Below, piece by piece: positions 1 to 12,000 of a stretch of DNA of 64,000 bases. A program made the translations under genes and the position numbers. The DNA is from Squalus acanthias (Eukaryota): positions 260,958,001 through 261,022,000 of the forward strand of contig CM059425.1 in NCBI GenBank assembly GCA_030390025.1, in the 5' to 3' direction. Every line of letters starts with the position of its first letter. Position 1 is the first letter of the stretch. The notes under the pieces were generated by a model. The model did not search any database. It saw only the letters and a program-made list of their open reading frames with translations, and was not told the DNA's origin.

Positions 1-16
1 TCAGTCCTGCTCCTTT
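1..16 (-). CDS. Copy A exon 5, terminal coding part (R)KEQD*
   Basis: Acceptor cttgttttgtccacag at 17-32. The phase-2 junction gives AGA AAG GAG CAG GAC TGA. Confidence 0.65.
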
Positions 17-3000
17 CTGTGGACAAAACAAGACCAATTAAAATGAGCCGTGTGAACTATAAAATAAGAGCACTTTCAGCACCTCCATCCACAACCAGCG
101 GCTGTTTAAATAGCATTCCCTGCGCATTTCAAAATAGATTTGATAGCCGATCTTAATGAATACTTTGCATGTGTTTTCACAAAAGAGAGGGGCGATGCAG
201 AAATTGCAATCAGGGAGGAGGAGTGTGAAATATCGGATGAAATAAACATAGTGAAAGAGGAAGTATTAAGGGGTTTAGCATCTTTGAAGGTGGATAAATC
301 CCCCGGCCCGGATGAAATGTATCCCAGACTGTTAAGAGAAGTAAGAGAGGAAATAGCAGAGGCTCTGACAATCATTTTCCAATCCTCTCTGGCTACAGGT
401 GTGGTGCCGGAGGACTGCTAATGTGATACCGTTGTTTAAAAAGGGAGAAAGGGATAGACCGAGTAATTACAGGCCAGTCAGCCTAACCTCGGTGGTGGGA
501 AAATTATTGGAAAAAATTCTGAGGGACAGGATAAATCTTCATTTAGAAAGACACAGATTAATCAGGGACATGAGGGAGATCATGGATTTGTTAAGGGAAG
601 GTCGTGTCTGACTAACATGATTGAATTTTTTGAGGAGGTAACAAGGAGGGTAGATGAGGGTAGTGCATTTGTTGTAGTCTATATGGATTTTAGCAAGGCT
701 TTTGATAAGGTTCCACATGGCAGCCTGGTCACAAAAGTAAAAACCCATGGGATCCAGGGCAAAGTGGCAAGTTGGATCCAAAATTGGCTCAGAGGCAGGA
801 AACAGAGGGTAATGGTCGAAGGGTGTTTTTGTGACTGGAAGGCTGTTTCCAGTGGGGTTCCGCAGGGATCAGTACTGGGACCTTTGCTTTTTGTGGTATA
901 TATCAATGATTTGGACTTGAATGTAGGAAGTATGATTAAGAAGTTTGCAGATGATACAAAAATTGGCCGTGTGGTTGATAATGAAGAAGAAAGCTGTAGA
1001 CTGCAGGAAGATATCAATGGACTGGTCAGGTGGGCAGAACAGTAGCAAATGGAATTCAATCCGGAGAAGTATGAGGTAATGCATTTGGGGAGGGCTAACA
1101 AGGAAAGGGAATACACTGTAAATGGTAGGGCACTGAGTAGTGTAGAGGAACAAAGGGACCTTGGACTGCATGTCCACAGATCCCTGAAGGTAGCAGGCCA
1201 AGTAGATAAGGTGGTTAAGAAGGCATACGGAATGCTTGCCTTTATTAGCCGAGGCATAGAATATAAGAGCAGGGAGGTTGGGCTTGAACTGTATAAAATA
1301 CTAGTTAGGCCGCAGATAGAATACTGCGTGCAGTTCTGGTCACCACATTACAGGAAGGATGTAATTGCACGCGAGAGGTTGCAGAGGAGATTTATGAAGA
1401 TGTTGCCTGGGCTGGGGAATTTTAGCTATGAGAAAAGATTGGATAGGTTGGGGTTGTTTTATTTGGAACAGAGGAGGCTGAGGGGAGACTTAATTGAGGT
1501 GTATAAAATTATGAGGGCCTAGATAGAGTGGATAGGAAGGACCTATTTCCTTTAGCAGAGGGGTCGATAACCAGGGGGCACAGATTTAAAGTAATTGGTA
1601 GGAGGATTAGAGGGGATTTGAGGAGAATTTTTTTCACCCAGAGTGTAGTGGGGTTCTGGAACTCACTGCCTGAAAGGGTGGTAGAGGCAGAAACTCTCAT
1701 CACATTTAAAAAGTACTTGGATATGCACTTGAAGTGCCGTAACCAACAAGGCTACGCACCAAGAGCTGGAAAGTGGGATTAGGCTGGATAGCTCTTTGTC
1801 GGCAGGCATGGACATGATGGGCCGAATGGCCTCCTTCTGTGCTGTAAATTTCTATGATTCTATGATGATCCCAGCTGGGGCTGCAGTAGGGGCTCTCCAG
1901 TTGGTCTAAGTGAAACTGGGATAGGGAGAGGAAACATTGCCCAGGGATCCTGCTCCTGCTTGTATCCAGCAACCACTGCTGGACGTGTACTGTGTGGTCA
2001 TTGGCTCGACTTGGATGGCTCAGTGTTTGAATCACCTGCCAACACACACTGTCCAAGGCTCACCCATGAATCGGGCTTCAGGCATTTAAAGGCAAGAGTC
2101 TCCCAGCAATATTACATACCTGGTTTTCTCCCTGAATAAAATGATGCACATCACGAAAAGGGCAAGGAGTTTCACTCCAAGTGGAATGCACAATATCGCA
2201 ATGGGGAAAGCCTCTGCAACTGAACAGAAAGTGAGAGAGATCAAATCGGAGACAAATAAAGGTGAGACACCAACAATGCAGCGACAATTAATCAAAGCCT
2301 GTAGACAAGTGTGAATCTTGACTGCAAGGCAGAAATATTGTGGTGATGGAGATGAGCTAGGCAAAGAGTATGGACTGTCAATGAAGAACGACAAATGGAG
2401 AGTACAAATAATATAGTATCTCACAGTGACGGGTTAATACTGTAGTATTTACGGTGACTAGGGTTAATACTGTAGTATATCACAATCACAGGGCTAAATA
2501 TTGTAATGCTCATAGTGAAATAAATAATTTCTGTAGTATTTAGCAAAATGGTTAAATACTGTGATGGATGAATACTGTCGTACTCGGTGTTGGGGTGAAT
2601 ACAAGAGTACTCACAGTGACAGAGGCAAATACAAGAGTACTCACAGTGACAGAGGCAAATACAAGAGTACTCACAGTGACAGAGGCAAATACAAGAGTAC
2701 TCACAGTGACAGAGGCAAATACAAGAGTACTCACAGTGACAGAGGCAAATACAAGAGTACTCACAGTGACAGAGGCAAATACAAGAGTACTCACAGTGAC
2801 AGAGGCAAATACAAGAGTACTCACAGTGACAGAGGCAAATACAAGAGTACTCACAGTGACAGAGGCAAATACAAGAGTACTCACAGTGACAGAGGCAAAT
2901 ACAAGAGTACTCACAGTGACAGAGGCAAATACAAGAGTACTCACAGTGACAGAGGCAAATACAAGAGTACTCACAGTGACAGAGGCAAATACAAGAGTAC

Positions 3001-6000
3001 TCACAGTGACAGAGGCAAATACAAGAGTACTCACAGTGACAGAGGCAAATACAAGAGTACTCACAGTGACAGAGGCAAATACAAGAGTACTCACAGTGAC
3101 AGAGGCAAATACAAGAGTACTCACAGTGACAGAGGCAAATACAAGAGTACTCACAGTGACAGAGGCAAATACAAGAGTACTCACAGTGACAGAGGCAAAT
3201 ACAAGAGTACTCACAGTGACAGAGGCAAATACAAGAGTACTCACAGTGACAGAGGCAAATACAAGAGTACTCACAGTGACAGAGGCAAATACAAGAGTAC
3301 TCACAGTGACAGAGGCAAATACAAGAGTACTCACAGTGACAGAGGCAAATACAAGAGTACTCACAGTGACAGAGGCAAATACAAGAGTACTCACAGTGAC
3401 AGAGGCAAATACAAGAGTACTCACAGTGACAGAGGCAAATACAAGAGTACTCACAGTGACAGAGGCAAATACAAGAGTACTCACAGTGACAGAGGCAAAT
3501 ACAAGAGTACTCACAGTGACAGAGGCAAATACAAGAGTACTCACAGTGACAGAGGCAAATACAAGAGTACTCACAGTGACAGAGGCAAATACAAGAGTAC
3601 TCACAGTGACAGAGGCAAATACAAGAGTACTCACAGTGACAGAGGCAAATACAAGAGTACTCACAGTGACAGAGGCAAATACAAGAGTACTCACAGTGAC
3701 AGAGGCAAATACAAGAGTACTCACAGTGACAGAGGCAAATACAAGAGTACTCACAGTGACAGAGGCAAATACAAGAGTACTCACAGTGACAGAGGCAAAT
3801 ACAAGAGTACTCACAGTGACAGAGGCAAATACAAGAGTACTCACAGTGACAGAGGCAAATACAAGAGTACTCACAGTGACAGAGGCAAATACAAGAGTAC
3901 TCACAGTGACAGAGGCAAATACAAGAGTACTCACAGTGACAGAGGCAAATACAAGAGTACTCACAGTGACAGAGGCAAATACAAGAGTACTCACAGTGAC
4001 AGAGGCAAATACAAGAGTACTCACAGTGACAGAGGCAAATACAAGAGTACTCACAGTGACAGAGGCAAATACAAGAGTACTCACAGTGACAGAGGCAAAT
4101 ACAAGAGTACTCACAGTGACAGAGGCAAATACAAGAGTACTCACAGTGACAGAGGCAAATACAAGAGTACTCACAGTGACAGAGGCAAATACAAGAGTAC
4201 TCACAGTGACAGAGGCAAATACAAGAGTACTCACAGTGACAGAGGCAAATACAAGAGTACTCACAGTGACAGAGGCAAATACTATGTTGATACATCCCTG
4301 GCCTCTTATTTACTGGGCAGGTGGCTGGTGCGCTGGGTGAGACCACATGTACCGACCCTACGACCGGTGGAAGGGGGACCTCACCGGTTATACTGGCCCT
4401 TATAAAGGGGGCCAAGAGGGGGAATTGTTCATCGGGTGGGGTGGGGGTTAGCTCCGGCATCTCACCCAGAACCAGCGCATTGGTCCTCTACGCAGTCTCC
4501 TTCGGCTGGAGGGCGCCTATGGTTTTACCCCATCGTGTCGCGGGCACCCGCCTGTCATATTTAAATGGAGGACCACCCACCGACGCTGCGCATTTCAATA
4601 GAGCCCAGGGGGATTTTAGGCCCCAGTGTCCCCAAAATGGGAGCGTTTGGAAGGAACTGATGGAATCGGTCAGTTAGGAAAAAGAAGTGCTTGCATTTAT
4701 ATAGCGCCTTTCACAACCTCGGGACATCACAAAGCGCTTTACAGCCAATGAAGTATCTTTTGAAGTGTAGTCAGCTGTGGCTCAGTGGGTAGCACACTCG
4801 CCTCTGAGTCATGAAGGTTGTGGGTTCAAGTCCCACTCCAGGGACCTGAGCACATAAAGCTAGGCTGACGCTCCAGTGCGGTACTGAGAGAGTGCTGCAC
4901 TGTCGGAGGTGCCGTCTTTCAGATGAGACCTTAAACCGAGGCCCCGTCTGCTCTCTCAGGTGGATGTAAAAGATCCCATGGCACTATTTTGAAGAAGAGC
5001 AGGGGAGCTCTCCCCAGTGTCCTGGCCAACATAACAAAAACAGATTATCTGGTCATTATCACATTGCTGTTTGTGGGAGCTTGCTGTGTGCAAATTGGCT
5101 GCCGCGTTTCCCACATTACAACAGTGACTGTACTTCATTGGCTGTAAAGCGCTTTGGGACGTCTGGTGGTCATGAAAGGTGCTATAGAAATGCAAGTCTT
5201 TCTTTTAGTCACTGTTTTGATGTAGGGCACCAATATGCGCACAGCAAGCTCCCACAAACACTAATGTGATAAATGAGCAGATAATCTCTTTTTTACCTTT
5301 TTTGAGGGATAAATGCTGGCCAGGACACCGGGGAGCACTCACTGCTCTTCAGAATAGTGCAGTGGGATCTTTTACATCCACCTGAGGGGGCAGATGGGGC
5401 TCCGTTTTAACGTCTCATCTGAAAAACGTCAGTACTGCACCGGGAATGCCAGCCTAGATTATAGTCAAGTGTCTGGAGTGAGATGTGACAACTCGACCTT
5501 TTGACTCAGAGGCGAGAGTGCTACCCACTGAGCCAGGCTGATGAGTGTTTTCTGTTACACCGCCGGCTCCTCACTGTACAACCTCGATACACTGGAGAAT
5601 GTGGGAATGGCTTCTTACCATGTATCACCTCCAGCCGTGTCTCATTCTGGATCAGATGTTGATAATCGTCCCATTTCTTGTACTCCACCAGACACAGGTA
5701 AGTGTGGTTGTCCTTCACGCTCAGCTGGTTTATCCTGGTTGAGGCGTTTCCCTCCTCTGGTTTCCCGACTAGCTCGTACCGATTTCCACCGTTTACAGTT
5801 GTCCAAGATCCGTTTGATTGGGCTGTAAATGTGACTACGTGTTGGTAGGGCTCCTTCCTCATCCATGTAACAGTGCTCAGGGCGGTGCGGTCGCTGGGCC
5901 GTGTGAACATACAGGGCAGTGTAACCGAAGCTCCCTCGGTCCCACTCACCACTGAGACACTTCCACTAGCAGCTGAGGAAAGGACAAACATCAGAATGAG

Positions 6001-9000
6001 TCAGTGTCTTGATGAGAACGTTTAATTTATTTTAGTTCAGAGCTCTCCCTGTGGCCTTCCTCAGAGCACAAGGCTGGTCAATGAGTGGCAATGGACTATT
6101 TGACTGTGGAGAGCATCACAGGCAGGCCCAATGTCCAAGAACACAGCTTCCAGCAGGAGTCACTGGAGCGTGATCAGGAGCAGGAACCCCGGCCAATATC
6201 CCCCCCCCCCCCCCTTCATAGCCCGGGGCTGCTGAAAGTTTATTGATCCGTGTGGCTCAGGACCGGACCAGGTGGAGCCTTTACCCATTGAGCTATCGGA
6301 GCAGCTCCAGCCCCTGAACATTGTTCCTCACCTCTCACACTCAGACTCGGAATCGTTGTCCACGGTGTTTGAAAACCGCCAATATTGAGCAGCACTCGAC
6401 ACCGATAATCACCGCTGTCCGCCGGGCTCAGCCGCTCCATCATTATCGAGATATCCTTGTTGCTGAGGTTCCCCACGAATCTGAATCGATTCCCGCCGTC
6501 CTGCTGTCTCACACTCTCACACAGCCCGGCCCGTGAATGGCCCTGACCAGAATATGTACAGTTAAAAATAACCGGGTGAAACCCCGAGTCACCTTTGATC
6601 CACATCACAGTGCCGGTGAGCGTGCGATCAGGGTTTGGGTGGGTGAAACTGCACGGCAAGACAGCGGACCCCCCTTCCTCAGCAGTCACTGCATCCGCGC
6701 CGCTCATTGTCCAACCATTACGAGAAAACTCTGTGGGGCGAGAGAGACAACATTAGAACAGCACGGGGGCAGACATCAGTGTTTCAAGAACACACTGCCT
6801 GACAATATACTGAGTCTGTGATATAGTGACAACAGATATAAGAGGGGGGATTTTTCGGGGGTCAGCGGGCGCGTTCGGTGCCGGGTCGAGTGGGGAATTT
6901 TTTTTTCTGACAGCGGGTCGGGACCCTGCTGTCAACCCGCTGCCACCCGCCTTTCCCAGATTTCGGGTCTGTCAGGGCTGCGGGGGAGGCAATTCAGGTC
7001 ATTATGATCTTGTTAACAGCCCATTAAGAAGTATTTTGAGCTCGGCTTTACATTTTACGAAGTCGCCCAGGGAGTCCATGCTGCTCGGGGTTCACGCCAG
7101 GTAAGCAGGTAGGGAGTTGTGTTACCATGATATGATCGCTTTACTTAACAGCACCAACAACAACACTAACCTTCTCCGCAATTAACTGATGCTGCACAGG
7201 ACAGAGGACATCAGCACCCGACCACATTGCTGCCCGGGAGGCCAGGGATGGCCTCACTATGGCCAGATTTACTTCACTTGACTCTGAACACCCTGGCTGC
7301 CACATGATGTGCCAGGTTGGCACCATCCCACACCAACACCATAAAGCATCCCTACAATGTCCCAAGCCATTCCTTTCACACTTATTACCATTGCGGGGGG
7401 TACCGTTATGTCTCATCATTCACTGCAACTCACTAAGCCACTTCCAAAGGTGGACAGAAATCTGTCCAAGAATGCAAAGTGTTGAAAATAAAGATTTCAA
7501 TGTTTGACAGCACATTAACAGAAACTTCACATGAACTTCACATTGGCTAAAACACCCAAGTGCCTACCCTTGTGTGTTGTTAGTTGGTATGATTGCATTA
7601 GGATGAGGGTGAGCGTGAGGGGTGCCTAGTGAGATGGGGAAGTGATAATGTAGATAGAGAGGGATGGGTGGGGGTGCAAGGTAAGTTGGTGTGAGTAAGG
7701 ATGTGCAGGAGCAGGGTAAGGAAGGCAGAGTGATGGGGATGTGATGAGTGGCACAGCAGGATGAGGTTGAGTGTGGCTTGGCAGTAACATTTCGTGATCT
7801 ACTGAGATCATTGAAAGGTTTGCGCCACTGCAGCCTGGTCCTCCTGACAACATCCCTGCTTGTGTCCTCCTGTGCAATGTGCAACCAGGCTGCATTGGTC
7901 TCCTGGGGAGGTGTCTTCTGCCCATGGGAAGGGAAGTTGACTTCCCTGCATGCTGTAACTCCCTCCATAAGCATATGGAGGGAGTCACGGGAGAGCCATG
8001 CTGCGGCCTTGCACCTCTGTGCAGTGCTTGTCAGTGTTGGCAGCATCTCAATGCTGCAGAACACTGACAGCGCAAATGTCAAAAGCAATTTGCGCATGGT
8101 CCCTTTAAGGAAACTGCCTGATGATGTGTCATCAAATGACATCATCAGACCCGCTTCCTTCAATTGGCCAGGAAATGTGCTGGGCGGGCTTAACAAGCCC
8201 AATCAGGGGGAAGTCATTCTACAGAGCGGGCTGGAGCCAGCAGCGAGGTCGGGACCCACCAGCGACCCTGGCCGCATCGGATCCGCCGAGGTAGGGCAAA
8301 TCGCGGCCAACATCACATGGTCAGATTGGGATGGTTTATACATGGATATCGGACACTGTGTAGTGAGTTACAGTCTGGAATCTAATCGAGGGGTTCAGAT
8401 GGTTTATATATAGAATAATGGATACCTGGGAGTGAGTTACAGTCTGGAATCTAATCGAGGGGATTGGGTGGTTTACTTATAGAATAATGTCTACCTGGGA
8501 GTGAGTTACAGTCTGGAATCTAATCGAGGGGTTCAGATGGTTTATTTATAGAATAATGGATACCTGGGAGTGAGTTACAGTCTGGAATCTAATCGAGGGG
8601 TTTGGGTGGTTTATGTATAGAATAATGGATACCTGGGAGTGAGTTACAGTCTGGAATCTAATCGAGGGGTTCGGGTGGTTTATTTATAGAATAATAGATA
8701 CCTGGGAGTGAGTTACAGTCTGGAATCTAATCAAGGGGTTCAGATGGTTTATTTATAGAATAATGGATACCTGGGAGTGAGTTACTGTCTGGAATCTAAT
8801 CGAGAGGTTTGGGTGGTTTATGTATAGAATAATGGATACCTGGGAGTGAGTTACAGTCTGGAATCTAATCGAGGGGTTCGGGTGCTTTATACACAGAACA
8901 TTGGAACAGGAGGAGGCCATTGAGCCCCTCGAGCCTGTTCCTCCATTCAATGAGATCATGGCTGATCCGTGACCTAACTCCATATACCCACCTTTGGCCC

Positions 9001-12000
9001 ATATCCCTTAATACCTTTAGTTAACAAAAAGCTATCAATCATAAGAACATAAGAAATAGGAGCAGGAGTCGGCTATTTGGCCCCTCGAGCCTGCTCAGCC
9101 ATTCAATAAGATCATGGCTGATCTTCTACCTCATCTCCACTTTCTTGCACTATCCCCAAATTCCTTGATTCCCTTAATATCCAAAAATCTATCGATCTCT
9201 GTCTTGAATATACTCAATGCCAGGAGCAGAACCAGCGGACCTGAGCGGAACTGGAGTGGCAGTGGGAGCAGAATAAAGAGCACGGTGAAAGGAGGCTTGA
9301 GAGCAGAGCCAGCGGGGAGGAGCAGCGAGGCTCCGATTCAATAACAAAAAAATCAAAGTGTGAGTAACAGGTAAGCAGGTAGGTGATTGGTGGTGAGTAT
9401 TTCTTTTCTCTCAGGACTGAGGGCTAAGTTACAGTAAAGACCTATAGCATATAACTACATTTATAACTAACTCAACTTATTTTAATAAATTTAATAAATT
9501 AAACAAGGTTATTACCTGGTTTACCTAGATTAAAAACTATAAATACACAATTCATTGATATTGACGTAATTAATTAAATAAAATACAATAGAGATGGCAG
9601 GGCAGGCGATGTGTTGCAGCTGTAACATGTGGGAGCTGGTGGACACCAGTGTGATCCAGGGCGACCACATCTGCAGTAAGTGTCTGCAGCTCGAGGAACT
9701 TCGGCTCAGAGTTGATGGGCTGGAGTCTGAGCTGCAGACATTGCGATACATCAGGGAGGGAGAAAGTTACCTGGACACTTTGTTCCAGGAGGCAGTCACA
9801 CCCCTTAGGTTAAATACTTCAGATTTGGTCCGTGGTCAGAGACAGGAGGGTGTGACTGCAAGTGAGGCAGGTATGGGAATCCAGAAGGTAGCATTGGAGG
9901 AGCCTCAGCCCTTGCACTTGTCCAACAGGTACGAGGTACTTCCTCCCTGTGTGGACGAGAGCAGGGACTGCAGGGAGGATGAGAAAACTGACCACAGCAC
10001 CGTGGTACAGGGGGCCATTCAAGTTGGGGGAGTAAAAAGTAATGTAGTCTTGATAGGGGACAGTATAGTTAGGGGGATAGATACTGTTCTCTGCAGCCGA
10101 GAGTGTGAGTCCCGAAGGCTGTGTTGCCTGCCCGGTGCCAGGGTTAAGGATATATCCTCTGTGCTGGAGAGGAATTTGGAGTGGGAGGGGAAAGATCCAG
10201 TTGTCGTGGTCCACTTAGGTAACAAATACATAGGTAGGACTAAGAAAGAGGTTCTGCTGAGGGAGTATGAGCAGCTGGGGACTAAATTTAAAAAGTAGAA
10301 CCACAAAAGGTAATAATCTCTGGATTACTACCTGAGCCACGAGCAAATTTGAATAGGGTAAATAAGATCTGAGAGATGAATGCGTGGCTCAAAGATTGGT
10401 GTGGGAGAAATGGGTTTCGATTCATGGGGCACAGTACTGGGGAAAGAGAGAGCTGTTCCGTTGGGACGGCCTTCACTTGAACCGTGCTGGGACCAGTTTC
10501 CTGGCGAATCGAATAACTAGGGCTGTAGATAGTGCTTTAAACTAAATAGTGGGGGAGAGGGTTCAGGTGAGGGGAAACTTAAAAAGTCAAAGAGGAAGGA
10601 GAAGGCAATAGTGCAGGGTAGCGATAGGGATAATGATAACCAGAGTGTGACAGGAAGGGACAGAGCGTAAAAACATAAGAGTGCAGCAGAAAGTAGAGTC
10701 AGAGTAGGTAAAAATGGTAAAAAGACAAAATTAAAAGTGCTTTATCTGAATGCACACAGCATTCGTAACAAGATAAATGAATTGACGGCACTAATAGAAA
10801 TAAATGGGTATGATCTGACAGCCATTATAGAGATGTGGTTGCAAGGTGACCAAGGCTGGGAACTGAACATTCAGGGGTATTTGACATTTTGAAAGGATAG
10901 GCAGAAAGGAAAAGGAGGTGGAATAGCTCTGTTAATAAAGATTGAGATCAGTGCAGTAGTGAGAAATGATATTGGCTCAGAAGATCAAGATGTAGAATCA
11001 GTTTGGGTGGAGATAAGAAATAATAAGGGAAAGAAGTCACTGGTGGGAGTAGTCTATAGGCCCCCTAACAGTAGCTACGCTGTAGCACATAATCATGGGA
11101 GATTTAAATCTTCATATAGATTGGACAAATCAAATTGGCAAAGGTAGCTTTGAGGAAGAGTTCATAGAGTGTATTCGGGATGGTTTCTTAGAACAAAACG
11201 TTGTGGAACCAACCAGGAAGCAGGCTATTTTAGATCTGGTAATGTGTAATGAGATAGGATTAATTAATGATCTCATAGTAAAGGATCCTCTAGGGAAGAG
11301 TGATCATAGCATGATAGAATTTCACATTCAGTTTGAGGGTGAGAAACTTGCGTCTCAAACTAGCCTCCTGAACTTAAATAAAGGCAATTACAAAGGTATG
11401 AAGACAGAGTTGGCTAAAGTGGACTGGGAAAATAGATTAAAGGGTAAAACGGTAGATAAACAGTGGCAGACATTTAAGGAGATATTTCATAACTCTCAGC
11501 AAAGATATATTCCAGTGAGAAAGAAAGACTCTAAGAGAAGAATGAACCATCCATGGCTAACTAAGGAAGCTAAGGATGGTATCAAATTGAAAACAAAGGC
11601 TTACAATGATGCGAAGATTAGTGGTAGGCCAGAGGATTGCGAAATTTTTAGAAACCAGCAAAGGACGACTAAAAAGTAAAAGAGAGAGAAGATAGATTAT
11701 GAGAGTAAACTTGTAATGGGATAAGCCATATTCCAAGAAATACATCATCCTATGAACAGATTTTGATGACATTAATACATGACATACTGGGTTTAAAAGT
11801 CTGGAAAGCCTTGGCAACACAGGCTGCAAACACAAAACAAGCTTTGAAATAGGAATTGGTTTGTAAATACAGAGACAAAGCCCCTATTGAAGCAAACCAT
11901 TGGTGCTTCCAGAATGTCTAGAGTTTGGAACAAAACAATAGCAATGTCCAAGTAAAGTGTCAAATCCTAACACGTCGAACAAGTGCACAGAACATTAAAA

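Noticed and set aside
2421-4460. 570-679 aa ORFs in four frames, including a Cys/His-rich (CICLCHCEYS)n metallothionein-like protein
   Set aside because: Artefact of a stop-poor 30-bp minisatellite; open on both strands, intronic, and eight times shorter in the duplicate.
4774-4850. tRNA gene
   Set aside because: The A/B boxes are the head of a SINE that continues into a body and a LINE-like tail.
5619-6730. Rearranging Ig/TCR/IgNAR V gene segments
   Set aside because: Both exons include their own G strand and end in splice donors. No RSS abuts their 3' ends, and there are no D, J or C1 exons. The CACAGTG at 6606-6612 has no nonamer and is mutated in copy B.
7564-8202. Host MSANTD-type gene
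   Set aside because: Degenerate motif, a 33-bp deletion in copy B and a transposon-like context; best read as a Harbinger remnant.
2598-8897. CRISPR-like appearance of the 30-bp and 69-bp arrays
   Set aside because: No unique spacers, no cas genes, and a vertebrate context.
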